A stretch of DNA of 58,445 nucleotides from a virus (lineage: Duplodnaviria > Caudoviricetes). The position numbers and the translations under genes are program-made. Positions 17,678-26,735 of the stretch are shown piece by piece (the first letter of the stretch is position 1; every line of letters begins with the position of its first letter). The stretch covers positions 1 to 58,445 of the IMG/VR virus record IMGVR_UViG_3300009159_005446. One strand, given 5' to 3'. Below the pieces are notes generated by a model. It was not told the origin of the DNA and did not search any database. It was given only the letters and a program-made list of their open reading frames with translations.

Positions 17678-18244
17678 ATGAAAAAATATATGCAACACGC
17701 ATTGCATCTTGCAATGTTTGCGCTTATAGCCTTCATAGGCATCACAGTGGTGACATACGCCACACAAACCAAGTTTGATAGATTGCGAGCAGATTTATCT
17801 GGCAATGTTTCGAGCATTGGTGATTTCAAGGCTGCACTACGAGACAAAGAACGCAGGATGCAGTGCATGACACAAAACGTATATTGGGAAGCCGCAAGTG
17901 AACCAGCAGAAGGCAAAATTGCTGTGGCCCAGATTGTAATGAATCGTGTGGAAAGTGGCAAGTATCCAGCAGATCCGTGCCAGGTGGTACATCAGAAGAA
18001 CATGGTGTACGAACGAGTACTATGCCAGTTTTCCTGGTACTGCGAAAATACCAGCAAGACTCGACCAATACACAAAAAGCTCTGGGCCGAAAGCGAAGAA
18101 GCAGTAAAGATGGTCATGATTGACGGCTTTAGATTGCCCGAACTCAAAGACGCATTGTACTATCACGCAGACTATGTAAACCCACAGTGGAACAAAAAAC
18201 GTGTGACAAAGATTGGCCGACATATTTTTTACAAGGATATCTAA
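17678..18244 (+). CDS. Cell-wall hydrolase, SleB/Hydrolase_2 family, with N-terminal anchor
   Basis: CMTQNVYWEAASEP, AVAQIVMNRV, CQFSWYC, ALYYHADYVNPQW, IGRHIFY. Confidence 0.92.
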   Translation: MKKYMQHALHLAMFALIAFIGITVVTYATQTKFDRLRADLSGNVSSIGDFKAALRDKERRMQCMTQNVYWEAASEPAEGKIAVAQIVMNRVESGKYPADPCQVVHQKNMVYERVLCQFSWYCENTSKTRPIHKKLWAESEEAVKMVMIDGFRLPELKDALYYHADYVNPQWNKKRVTKIGRHIFYKDI

Positions 18245-18550
18245 ATGAAAAACTTTGACATTGAGAAAACAGTGACCTGGTTGCAAGAGTGGGTGGCTCC
18301 TATTTCAGCAAAGACTCTGGGATGGCTAGCCGTGTTATTGTTACATGCTGCCACCTTGCCTACATTGTTGGCAATCCTAACTGGTCTTAGTGATCGCATG
18401 CCCAGTGTGGACATGGTATTGCTGACCTGGGCAGGTTTGGTTGCCATGTTTGCCCAAGCTTGCGTACAACGCAACTTCTTGAACATTGTGACCATTGCCC
18501 TGGGCTTTATTGTCCAGGCTAGCCTAATGGTCTTGATCTTCTTCAAATAA
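18245..18550 (+). CDS. Small multi-TM membrane protein
   Basis: Three hydrophobic helices, directly after the hydrolase. Confidence 0.75.
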   Translation: MKNFDIEKTVTWLQEWVAPISAKTLGWLAVLLLHAATLPTLLAILTGLSDRMPSVDMVLLTWAGLVAMFAQACVQRNFLNIVTIALGFIVQASLMVLIFFK

Positions 18551-18567
18551 TCTGTTAAACTTACTGC

Positions 18568-19308
18568 ATGATAAAATTACACAGGCTTCTAGATCGATTG
18601 GAAGAGTGGTGGCGTTACCCACAGCCAACACAGGCACAAAAACAATTGTTGGGTCTATACACTGATGTCATTGACACAGAGTTTACAGCAGTAAGACTAG
18701 CCAGTGAGGAGTCTGCGCAGTATGTGTTAACACACATGCGAGCCATTCCAAACTTTGACACTGATTATGATTTGCATGAGTGGGTGGCTACCACACAACT
18801 TGATCCCATACTATTGAGTACAGGTACTGTGCTGGAATTTGGTGTTGCAACCGGGCGTACCCTAAACCAATTTGGGTATTGGCTACCAGAAAAAACCATA
18901 CATGGATTTGATGGGTTTGAAGGCTTGCCCGAGGACTGGACCAGTCGTATGCGCAAGGGATTTTTTGCACGTAGTAATCTACCCCGTGTGCGAACCAACT
19001 GCCAGCTATGGGTAGGTTGGTTTGATAACACCTTGCCCGGTTTTAAACAACAAGTACAACTGACCAGACCAATTGCATTGTTGCATGTGGACTGTGATTT
19101 GTACTCTAGCACAAAGACTGTACTCAATCAGTTGAAAGATAACATTGTGCCGGGTACTGTAATTGTGTTTGATGAGTACATCAACTACCCCGGATGGCAA
19201 CTAGATGAATTCAAGGCCTGGCAAGAGCATTGCAAGATGTACGGCATCAAATACGAGTACATTGGTAGGGTAAGCAAGCACCAAAAAGTAGCAGTAAGAG
19301 TGTTGTAA
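18568..19308 (+). CDS. TylF/MycF-like SAM-dependent O-methyltransferase
   Basis: LEFGVATGRT, GFDGFEGLPE, GWFDNTLP, LHVDCDLYSST, IVFDEY. Confidence 0.88.
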   Translation: MIKLHRLLDRLEEWWRYPQPTQAQKQLLGLYTDVIDTEFTAVRLASEESAQYVLTHMRAIPNFDTDYDLHEWVATTQLDPILLSTGTVLEFGVATGRTLNQFGYWLPEKTIHGFDGFEGLPEDWTSRMRKGFFARSNLPRVRTNCQLWVGWFDNTLPGFKQQVQLTRPIALLHVDCDLYSSTKTVLNQLKDNIVPGTVIVFDEYINYPGWQLDEFKAWQEHCKMYGIKYEYIGRVSKHQKVAVRVL

Positions 19309-19368
19309 AAATACAACACCAAAAACTCCAAATCCCGGTTGACAACAATCGGGATTTTCGCATATAAT
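19300..19368 (+). promoter_or_regulatory. Operator-like palindrome plus sigma70 promoter embedded in a hairpin
   Basis: GTGTTGTAAAAATACAACAC (19300-19319); TTGACA-18-TATAAT (19339-19368) with AAATCCCG/CGGGATTT arms. Confidence 0.7.
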
Positions 19369-19462
19369 ACACATACGGTAGGAGATTCTACCGGCTAACC
19401 TAAAAATAGCAACATTGACATGGTGTCAACAAGCTATGTGGTTACGAACAAAAGGAACCAAA

Positions 19463-20653
19463 ATGGCAACTGCCACACCAAACTATGCGGCTACACGAAA
19501 TGCCCGCTACACAAACTCAGCGTCAAATCTTGTTGACCTGGTTCAGCGTTATAATGACACAGTAGCGGCAATGCCACTACAAGCTCAACGCAACTGGCAA
19601 GCAAAACTAACCAAGGCTTTGCAGGCATTCAAACGCAATCACCCCGGGGTCAAAAGCATCAATGACAGCTCTAAGTTTCGTTTGTGCAAGAGTCTCATGG
19701 GCAAGCTCAAAGACATTGTGATTGATACCACTATGCAACGTGAACCCAACTTGCAGTGGATTCTCACCATCATTACCAACTTCCGTGCATACCAAGCACA
19801 GCCCATTCAGGTATATGCCACACCGGATGGGACATGGGGTGGGTGGGATGGACAGCACACCAGCCTGGCCTTGTACTTGATTGCTACACAAGGGCTTGGC
19901 GAAAAGTTTGAAGACATTGAAGTACCCATCAATGTGTACGACATTCTCAGCCGTGGCGAACTTCGCAGTAACTTTATTAACAACAACACCACAGTTGGCA
20001 AAAATGCTGGTAAGAAACCACTAGACATCATTGACATTTTTATGCAAATGATCTACGGGGTCGAAGTGGACAATGTCAACGAACCTGAGTGGATAGACGC
20101 CCATGCCAAGTGGACACACATTAAAAACGCAGACATGTTTTTGACTGCTGAAAAGTTTAACGACACAGATCAGGTAGGTGCCATTAGTCGTCTTAACGAA
20201 CTCAACGATGCTTCAGTAGAAGTGGTACGTCAGTTTGCAGTTTATGGCCGGTACGTGGTTGGTATTCAGCAACGTCCCATTAACACTAAGGAAATTCCCA
20301 TCATTATCGAGTTTTTGAACCTGTGCGAACAGCAAGACATTCGATACACAGATGCGCAGATTGAAGACCTGGCACAACATTGTATCGACTTGTTTGACGC
20401 AAACTTTGATGCTAAAGGGCCGTATTGGGAACAATGCCACCAAGCCAACGTCAATGCTTGGAACAAGCACAACAAACATCGTCCCAAGACAGACTGGACT
20501 GATCCTCCACGTAACAGCAAGAACACACCACAAGGTATTGCGTTCTTCTGGCACCAACTCAACACCACTTGGGTACCACAACAACCAGCGGGCTTCAAGT
20601 TTCCCAAGATGCCGTTTAGTGTGTACACACCTGATGTAAAGGACATGTTCTAA
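19463..20653 (+). CDS. ParB/Srx-superfamily DGQH-motif protein (DUF262/DndB-like N-terminal domain)
   Basis: IDTTMQREP...WGGWDGQHT...F.NNN...K pattern; AAGGA RBS. Confidence 0.65.
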   Translation: MATATPNYAATRNARYTNSASNLVDLVQRYNDTVAAMPLQAQRNWQAKLTKALQAFKRNHPGVKSINDSSKFRLCKSLMGKLKDIVIDTTMQREPNLQWILTIITNFRAYQAQPIQVYATPDGTWGGWDGQHTSLALYLIATQGLGEKFEDIEVPINVYDILSRGELRSNFINNNTTVGKNAGKKPLDIIDIFMQMIYGVEVDNVNEPEWIDAHAKWTHIKNADMFLTAEKFNDTDQVGAISRLNELNDASVEVVRQFAVYGRYVVGIQQRPINTKEIPIIIEFLNLCEQQDIRYTDAQIEDLAQHCIDLFDANFDAKGPYWEQCHQANVNAWNKHNKHRPKTDWTDPPRNSKNTPQGIAFFWHQLNTTWVPQQPAGFKFPKMPFSVYTPDVKDMF

Positions 20654-20654
20654 C

Positions 20655-21206
20655 ATGAAAACACTTGTAGAACGTGTTGGTGGGTTTGCACAAAAGAAAC
20701 CCACGCCAGTAAAACGTGGCGGTGCCAGTTACAATGCCACCCAGGAGTTTTGTAAAAAAGAGATTGAGCGTTATGTAGAAATGTATCGTCAGCTAAAAGT
20801 AGAAGATCAAACTGCACGTCTTATCCGAGACATGATTGATGTGTTGTTGCGTCGATACCATGGCTACAGTATCAAAGAAAACATCGGCGCTCACTACTAT
20901 GAGACAGGGTTGCCACATGGTACCAAGACTGAGTTTGAGCATGTGATTCCTGCTTCAGTGGCTCGTGACTTGTTGTTGTTTGATCGACTCACAGTTGATG
21001 AAGCACTGAACATTCCAACATGTCGCTTGAGTGCCACAAAACACAAAAAATTAAACTCAACCAAATTGGGTAGTACCACACCCGACATTTATTGGTTTTG
21101 GAAACGATATCAAGAGTTAGGCATTACACTAACAACTCATGATGGTGTTGCAGTTGACACTGCAACTTGGAATTTAGGCAGTCACTACACTTACTTTAAG
21201 GTATAA
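20655..21206 (+). CDS. Putative His-Me finger (HNH/DUF1524-like) nuclease
   Basis: TEFEHVIP...IPTCRLSATKHKKLN...WKRY; 1 nt after upstream stop. Confidence 0.5.
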   Translation: MKTLVERVGGFAQKKPTPVKRGGASYNATQEFCKKEIERYVEMYRQLKVEDQTARLIRDMIDVLLRRYHGYSIKENIGAHYYETGLPHGTKTEFEHVIPASVARDLLLFDRLTVDEALNIPTCRLSATKHKKLNSTKLGSTTPDIYWFWKRYQELGITLTTHDGVAVDTATWNLGSHYTYFKV

Positions 21207-21208
21207 AA

Positions 21209-21514
21209 ATGAGCCAACTTCAATTGCACGGACGTCCTTGGGTTGTATTTGATCCAGCCAATCGCTTACATAGAAAATTCTACTATGAATTTGTACAATC
21301 AGGTACTTGGGGCAGATGCCCTTACAGATTTGTTGTGGCAGATGACAACGGGGATTTGATCACCATGATACAGCGTAGTCTAATCAAGTACTATGTACAG
21401 CGTGAATTTTCTGTTGCAAATACGCAACAGTCTCTGTTGCAAAAAAACAACAAAAAATCCCCACCAAAAATTGTTAAAAAAACTGGTAGACCAGAAATTG
21501 CTCATTTCGTATAA
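21209..21514 (+). CDS. Hypothetical protein
   Basis: RPWVVFDPANRLHR..WGRCPYRF; tail runs into regulatory repeats. Confidence 0.7.
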   Translation: MSQLQLHGRPWVVFDPANRLHRKFYYEFVQSGTWGRCPYRFVVADDNGDLITMIQRSLIKYYVQREFSVANTQQSLLQKNNKKSPPKIVKKTGRPEIAHFV

Positions 21515-21515
21515 T
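21411..21515 (+). promoter_or_regulatory. Tandem operator-like palindromes plus early promoter
   Basis: CTGTTGCAAATACGCAACAG (21411-21430), TGTTGCAAAAAAACAACA (21435-21452), TAGACC-17-TATAAT (21487-21515). Confidence 0.7.
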
Positions 21516-21544
21516 AGAAGTATAGTAACAGAACAGGGGCAAAC

Positions 21545-21934
21545 ATGCACACATACAAAAAACAGTCAGAATTGAACTGGATCGATGCTAACGACATCGG
21601 TGAGCACATTGACGACTTTAATGATCCCAAGCTCAATGAGGCGTTTGGCAAGTTTTGCGTCATGGACGACCAAGGTGCTTTGTATAAAGTTCTAGTGGAC
21701 GAAGTGGGCTACGACTACGACGAAATCGAATCTGGTCATGTGGACATTGTGCACAAGACAGTGGAAGAGACCCTCAAACAAGTTAACCTTGTGTTCCGTA
21801 GTCTCGGACTTGATCTAGAGTTCAAGCAAGCCGACATGGTAGAGTATGTGGGTTACATGCTCACAGGCAAAGGTGATACACCCAAGGACATAGCACACCG
21901 TATCCGCAGACTGGTTGACCAGAAACCTGTTTGA
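21545..21934 (+). CDS. Hypothetical acidic protein
   Basis: ORF directly after promoter and RBS. Confidence 0.75.
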   Translation: MHTYKKQSELNWIDANDIGEHIDDFNDPKLNEAFGKFCVMDDQGALYKVLVDEVGYDYDEIESGHVDIVHKTVEETLKQVNLVFRSLGLDLEFKQADMVEYVGYMLTGKGDTPKDIAHRIRRLVDQKPV

Positions 21935-21943
21935 TCTTATAAT
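21915..21943 (+). promoter_or_regulatory. Sigma70-type early promoter
   Basis: TTGACC-17-TATAAT. Confidence 0.7.
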
Positions 21944-21945
21944 AT

Positions 21946-22194
21946 ATGAACAAACGAATTCAAGAACTAGCAGAACAATGCGGATTTAGGCCACAGCCCA
22001 GTATCTACGATAGAAATCAATCGTTTGATATTGAAAAGTTTGCTGTGTTGATTGTTAGGGAATGTGCAATAGTTTGTGAAACAGTAGGTGATGTAGCAGA
22101 CGCAATTGGGTCAGGCGAGCCTGCTAGGTATGGTAAAGAAACAGCACACGGGTGTGCTGGCATGATTAAAGAAATGTTTGGAGTAGACGAATGA
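21946..22194 (+). CDS. Hypothetical phage protein (MNxRIxELAEQ...EKFAxLIVREC family)
   Basis: Motif typical of small phage proteins. Confidence 0.75.
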   Translation: MNKRIQELAEQCGFRPQPSIYDRNQSFDIEKFAVLIVRECAIVCETVGDVADAIGSGEPARYGKETAHGCAGMIKEMFGVDE

Positions 22195-22541
22195 GCAAGC
22201 CAAATTACAAAGAACATCAATTCCTGGTTATGTGGGACTGCAATGGTCTTGAGTATGTGGCCGACATCACTGCCGATCAGCAACGAGCGACCTGGGCCCG
22301 GCTACAAGGCAAGGAAAGTCCTAGACATGCCTATGCCAATCCCATGCACCTAAAGTTGAGAGCACAGGCCAATCCTCAACGTCACTATGAGATCTACACA
22401 TTTGACGCTGTGGACGGTATCAGTGAGCAGGACATCCGTGACATGTTTGACAACAACCCGCAAATGGCCGCAGACACCATTCGTGGTATTGGGCATTGCA
22501 TGCACAGTGATCGTGCTCAGCAAGCGGTTGCAATCGTTTAA
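22191..22541 (+). CDS. Hypothetical phage protein
   Basis: MWDCNGLE..LRAQANPQRHYEIY; ATGA coupling. Confidence 0.8.
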   Translation: MSKPNYKEHQFLVMWDCNGLEYVADITADQQRATWARLQGKESPRHAYANPMHLKLRAQANPQRHYEIYTFDAVDGISEQDIRDMFDNNPQMAADTIRGIGHCMHSDRAQQAVAIV

Positions 22542-22580
22542 ATGAAGTTCAAACGTCAACAAACAAAGGAAAAGTTAGAT

Positions 22581-22997
22581 ATGGGACTTGACATGTATGC
22601 ATACGTAACCGCCAAAGCAGGCCAGCAACGGGAATATTATGAAGGTGCTGAGTTCAAAGATGGCGATTATACAAACCCTAATGTGTCTCAGCCACGTGAG
22701 ATTGCCTACTGGCGCAAGCATCCAAACCTGCATGGTTGGATGGAACAGCTCTGGAACAAGCGCAATGGTGGCAACCAGGATGGTAGCAACTTTAATGGCA
22801 TTGAGCTAGAACTAACCTACGAGGATTTAGAGATTTTAGAACTGGACATCATTGCTGGCACCCTACCAGGCACATCAGGTTTCTTTTTTGGCAACGATGC
22901 CGATGACCATTATCGCAAACAGGACTTGGAGTTCATTACAAAGGCTCGAGCAGAGTTGTTCATGGGACTCAAAGTGTTTTATAATAGTTCATGGTAA
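22581..22997 (+). CDS. Conserved hypothetical phage protein
   Basis: MGLDMYAY..EIAYWRKHPNLHGWM..GFFFG..YNSSW. Confidence 0.85.
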   Translation: MGLDMYAYVTAKAGQQREYYEGAEFKDGDYTNPNVSQPREIAYWRKHPNLHGWMEQLWNKRNGGNQDGSNFNGIELELTYEDLEILELDIIAGTLPGTSGFFFGNDADDHYRKQDLEFITKARAELFMGLKVFYNSSW

Positions 22998-23007
22998 GGA
23001 GAACGCA

Positions 23008-23136
23008 ATGACTAAGATTTTAATTGGATTCATTTTTGGTATCATAGTAGCAACTGTGGGTTTTAGCGGTATCGCTCGCATGTTGGATCGCGGAGTAGAT
23101 ACTGTTAAAACTCAATCACAGGAGATGGCCAAATGA
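23008..23136 (+). CDS. Small membrane protein
   Basis: AAGGAG RBS; MTKILIGFIFGIIVATVGFSG. Confidence 0.7.
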   Translation: MTKILIGFIFGIIVATVGFSGIARMLDRGVDTVKTQSQEMAK

Positions 23137-23459
23137 TAGACGACAAAACACTGACTGACACCAACTTTGATCTTGAGCAAGGTATTCTCAAGTGCTGGAA
23201 CATTGTTGATGACCTTAAAGAAATTCTACAAGACATAGACAACGGCCATATGACCCAGGCCGAAGCCATCGAAACCATACGAGGCCATTCTATTGTTTAC
23301 CAAAATAGGTTTGATCGTACTTGGATCAAGTACGAAACGGTATGTCGCGGGTTACACCAATTACGACATGCACTACAAGACGCTGATTCCGCTAAAAACA
23401 CAGACAAAAAATCTGGTAAAAAAAGTGGAAAAAACGTACAAAAAATGGTTGACCAGTAA
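23133..23459 (+). CDS. Hypothetical protein
   Basis: FDLEQGILKCWNIVDDL; ATGA coupling. Confidence 0.75.
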   Translation: MIDDKTLTDTNFDLEQGILKCWNIVDDLKEILQDIDNGHMTQAEAIETIRGHSIVYQNRFDRTWIKYETVCRGLHQLRHALQDADSAKNTDKKSGKKSGKNVQKMVDQ

Positions 23460-23477
23460 CTCATTTTTTGTTATACT
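23449..23477 (+). promoter_or_regulatory. Sigma70-type promoter
   Basis: TTGACC-17-TATACT. Confidence 0.7.
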
Positions 23478-23539
23478 AAGACATGCTGAGAGATTCAGCA
23501 TACAAACTTTAACTTAATAGGCAACTTTGAAAGGCATTT

Positions 23540-23911
23540 ATGGCTAAGCAAGACAACAAAACTTTTACCGTAGCTGGCACCGCTACTAACCCCGATGGTA
23601 CAACCAAGGCTCGTTTTGCTAACGACTTGGTGGCACGTATCAAGATCCTTAACAAGGCAAACTGCACCAACATCAACTTGATGGAACTGCCAAGCCCAAT
23701 GACCAAGCTTGAGGCTCTGGAGTACTTGCAAGGTACTGGTAGCTTTACAGGTGATGCAAGTTATGCCATCGCCAATCGTACCGCAGACAAAATGAAGTCT
23801 GCTCGCAAGTCTGAAGTCAGCATGACTCTCAAGACTGGTAGCAAGCCTGCAAAGGCCAAAAAAGATGTAACTGCCCAAGAAGTGTTGGCGGCAGCCAAAG
23901 TGCAAGCCTAA
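23540..23911 (+). CDS. Hypothetical basic protein
   Basis: FTVAG..KARFANDLVARIKIL; own promoter and terminator. Confidence 0.8.
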   Translation: MAKQDNKTFTVAGTATNPDGTTKARFANDLVARIKILNKANCTNINLMELPSPMTKLEALEYLQGTGSFTGDASYAIANRTADKMKSARKSEVSMTLKTGSKPAKAKKDVTAQEVLAAAKVQA

Positions 23912-23929
23912 AGCTAGCACGCTCAGAAA

Positions 23930-23957
23930 CAAGCGGCTTTTGGGCCGCTTTTTCTTT
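23930..23957 (+). terminator. Intrinsic terminator
   Basis: AAGCGGC-ttttgg-GCCGCTTTTT. Confidence 0.75.
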
Positions 23958-23985
23958 GATATTTTATTCTGGCATAATTAAATAT

Positions 23986-24234
23986 ATGTCAGACACTGAT
24001 CAACTAGAACAAACAGTACGCGATCTCATTATTGATATCTGTGAGGTGCTATACAACAACGGATATCGAGAAGTGCCTATTGGTGCCATGATGAGGTTAG
24101 TTGGTGTAAATACAGAGAGCGCCAGCAAGCACGACAACGAGTACTTTGCACTGGACGACGAGTTTGTCTTTGCCATAGAATCAAAAAAACAACCAACCAC
24201 CCCACACCCTCCCAACGGTGTCACTTTACACTAG
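23986..24234 (+). CDS. Hypothetical protein
   Basis: ORF ending in VTLH, in operon. Confidence 0.7.
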   Translation: MSDTDQLEQTVRDLIIDICEVLYNNGYREVPIGAMMRLVGVNTESASKHDNEYFALDDEFVFAIESKKQPTTPHPPNGVTLH

Positions 24235-24235
24235 A

Positions 24236-24478
24236 ATGACCATTTCCAGTTTTAGGTCTAGCGATGCCTTGTATATTGTAATTGTACGAGACAAAAACGC
24301 AGAACAATTATTACGCCAATGGGCAAAATCTTCTAATGCTCAAGTCACTATTGAATCTAATCGTATGAAAATTTATGAACAAAACAGTCTGTACATGTTT
24401 CGATTACACTGGCCCCACAACTGGGACTCAGTTACAATATGGGACTGTTGGAATAGGCAACACATAGATGGAGAATAA
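24236..24478 (+). CDS. Hypothetical protein
   Basis: In-operon ORF. Confidence 0.65.
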   Translation: MTISSFRSSDALYIVIVRDKNAEQLLRQWAKSSNAQVTIESNRMKIYEQNSLYMFRLHWPHNWDSVTIWDCWNRQHIDGE

Positions 24479-25094
24479 CACAGTTCCTATTGTGGTGGCT
24501 TACCCACCCGGGTCAGGTGGCATACGACTGGTACGAAAATTTTGCAACAGTCAGTTCTGGGATCAACATCGTGGACAACATGCTCATTATGGATGGGACA
24601 CACAAGGCTCAGTGGCCTGGAGCAACTATCCCAAGTATCCGTTATTTACCGATGATTTAGAGCCATTGGATATCCCCGAGCCCATGGTAACCTCTCATTG
24701 TTTGTACAGCCCGACTATCTCTAAACTTTTCCCCGAACGTAAGATCATTAGAGTACAGGCAAATTTTTATCTGAGCCTAAGGCGTTGGTGGGACGTTTAC
24801 GGAAGAGACTATTATAAATCAAACCATGAAGATGCCCTGGTTTGGTCACCACATTGGGAAAGAGATGTTGACCATTGCTTGCATGCTGTCCTTACACACG
24901 CAACTTATTACACATACCAACATGATCAGTTGTGTGATGAACTATTGAAGATTGTACCCGGGGAGTCAGAATTTTCTGACTTTATGTTGTCTGAGTTTAC
25001 CAAACATGTCAACAAGGAGTTTGATCAATGTTGGCAACTGGTATTGGATCAAGACCCCAAGCTGGCTGTTGTAATGAAATCTGACCTAATTTAA
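24468..25094 (+). CDS. Divergent sulfotransferase-like/P-loop protein
   Basis: VVAYPPGSGG at N-terminus, TSH..LFPERKIIRV. Confidence 0.45.
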   Translation: MENNTVPIVVAYPPGSGGIRLVRKFCNSQFWDQHRGQHAHYGWDTQGSVAWSNYPKYPLFTDDLEPLDIPEPMVTSHCLYSPTISKLFPERKIIRVQANFYLSLRRWWDVYGRDYYKSNHEDALVWSPHWERDVDHCLHAVLTHATYYTYQHDQLCDELLKIVPGESEFSDFMLSEFTKHVNKEFDQCWQLVLDQDPKLAVVMKSDLI

Positions 25095-25103
25095 CCAAAT
25101 AAT

Positions 25104-25131
25104 TTGACTTTGTAAAAATACAATGTATAAT
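25104..25131 (+). promoter_or_regulatory. Sigma70-type promoter with operator core in spacer
   Basis: TTGACT-16-TATAAT containing TTGTAAAAATACAA. Confidence 0.55.
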
Positions 25132-25168
25132 TAAACAGTGCCAATGCACATTATACAAAGGAATAAAC

Positions 25169-25360
25169 ATGTCAGCCAATCACGAAGCAATCAAAACTGC
25201 ATACGAAACATACATTGCAGAAAACGAAAAATTCACCACCAAGGGTGTTAAAGCCGCAGCCGCCCGTGCTCGCAAAGCTTTGCAGGAAATGAGCAAAGGT
25301 ATCAAAGAGCGCCGTAAAGAAATCACAGCAGAAAAAGAAGCATTGACCACTGCCAAGTAA
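25169..25360 (+). CDS. Histone H1-like (Hc1-family) small basic protein
   Basis: EKFTTKGVKAAAARARKALQEMSKGIKERRKEI. Confidence 0.7.
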   Translation: MSANHEAIKTAYETYIAENEKFTTKGVKAAAARARKALQEMSKGIKERRKEITAEKEALTTAK

Positions 25361-25361
25361 C

Positions 25362-25532
25362 ATGACGCAGTCCTGGACTCTTACTGTAGAAGAAGACCCG
25401 GAAACCGGTGATGCTATTCTTAAGTTTCCTGAAGATTTATTAGAAGCCGCCGGTTGGCAAGAAGGTGATGTGTTAACTTGGACAGACTCAACGGATGGTA
25501 CATGGATATTACGCAAACAACTAACACCATGA
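25362..25532 (+). CDS. AbrB/MazE-like DNA-binding protein, 56 aa
   Basis: Manual translation MTQSWTLTVEEDPETGDAILKFPEDLLEAAGWQEGDVLTWTDSTDGTWILRKQLTP. Confidence 0.75.
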   Translation: MTQSWTLTVEEDPETGDAILKFPEDLLEAAGWQEGDVLTWTDSTDGTWILRKQLTP

Positions 25533-25897
25533 TGGGCCCATACACTATTGATACTATTACTCTTGATTCTGGCAGCTCTCCCACTTATACGGTAACTGGT
25601 GCCACTACGGTTTCGTCGGGAGCAGTCCTCACCAGCAACGGATGGACATCTACTCCTGCGCTAACTGTCAATCAAAGTGGCACAATAGATCTTGAAGGCA
25701 AAAACGCAGATATTCGAGTCAATGGCGAAAGCTTGATGGAAACATTAAGATCTATCCAGGACCGTCTCAACATGCTTCGGCCCAATACCGAACTAGAAGC
25801 TGAATGGGATCAGCTACGTGAACTAGGTGAACAGTACAGAAAACTCGAAGCTGAGTTCAAGGAAAAAAGCAAGATGTGGGATACACTAAAGAAATGA
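25502..25897 (+). CDS. Hypothetical protein
   Basis: Thr-rich N-terminus, C-terminal coiled coil (IQDRLNMLRPN..W..L). Confidence 0.7.
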   Translation: MDITQTTNTMMGPYTIDTITLDSGSSPTYTVTGATTVSSGAVLTSNGWTSTPALTVNQSGTIDLEGKNADIRVNGESLMETLRSIQDRLNMLRPNTELEAEWDQLRELGEQYRKLEAEFKEKSKMWDTLKK

Positions 25898-26691
25898 AAC
25901 CTAAACAAAGAATCAATCACATTGTAAAGTGGCTTCGTGCCTATGCCAAGAGTGCCAAAATTTCCACTTTTGTGGTGGGAATTTCGGGGGGTATTGACTC
26001 ATCAGTTGTGAGCGCATTGTGTGCCGAAACCGGGATCAAAACCATTGTGGTACAAATGCCAATTCGTCAGGCCAAGACATTGGACAATCGCAGTTCATTG
26101 CAAGCTGGCTGGTTGTTGGATCGTTACCGAGAAAACGTCACACACATGAGCATGGATTTGACTCCGGTGTATAGTGCGTTTGAAAAGAAAGTTGGACCAT
26201 TCTGTTCTACAGAACAAGAGCCCAACGAGTCCGAACAACTGGCCTTTGCCAACTCACGTGCTAGACTGCGCATGATGACCCTGTATCAAATTGCACAAAG
26301 CCATGGTGGCATTGTGGTAGGTACAGGCAATCGGGTGGAAGACTTTGGTGTAGGCTTCTTCACCAAGTACGGCGATGGCGGCGTAGATATCAGCCCAATT
26401 GGCGACTGCATGAAAACTGCTGTTTGGGACATGGGCAGAGAATTCGGCTTGCCGCAAGAAATTATTGATGCGGCTCCCACTGATGGATTGTGGGATGATG
26501 GACGTACAGATGAAGGACAACTGGGTATGACTTACCCAGAACTAGAACAAGCCATGTGGCTGGACCAGTCTGGAGATCAGTCTATGACCAGGACCGAAAA
26601 AGACAATCTTAAAAAATATCGAGCAATTCGTACTCGAAATCTACATAAAATGATGCCAATTCCAGTGTGTCAAATGCCCGTTGACCAGTAA
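25894..26691 (+). CDS. nadE: NH3-dependent NAD+ synthetase
   Basis: VGISGGIDSSV, NSRARLRMMTLY, GTGNRVE, FFTKYGDGGVD, APTDGLW, DEGQLGMTY. Confidence 0.95.
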   Translation: MKPKQRINHIVKWLRAYAKSAKISTFVVGISGGIDSSVVSALCAETGIKTIVVQMPIRQAKTLDNRSSLQAGWLLDRYRENVTHMSMDLTPVYSAFEKKVGPFCSTEQEPNESEQLAFANSRARLRMMTLYQIAQSHGGIVVGTGNRVEDFGVGFFTKYGDGGVDISPIGDCMKTAVWDMGREFGLPQEIIDAAPTDGLWDDGRTDEGQLGMTYPELEQAMWLDQSGDQSMTRTEKDNLKKYRAIRTRNLHKMMPIPVCQMPVDQ

Positions 26692-26709
26692 TTCTACTCG
26701 TGCTATAAT
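26681..26709 (+). promoter_or_regulatory. Sigma70-type promoter
   Basis: TTGACC-17-TATAAT. Confidence 0.75.
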
Positions 26710-26735
26710 AACATATATTTCGGAGTTATTATAGC

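Noticed and set aside
25362-25897. AbrB-like gene plus downstream ORF as a toxin-antitoxin pair
   Set aside because: The downstream ORF shows no PIN, MazF or Doc motifs.
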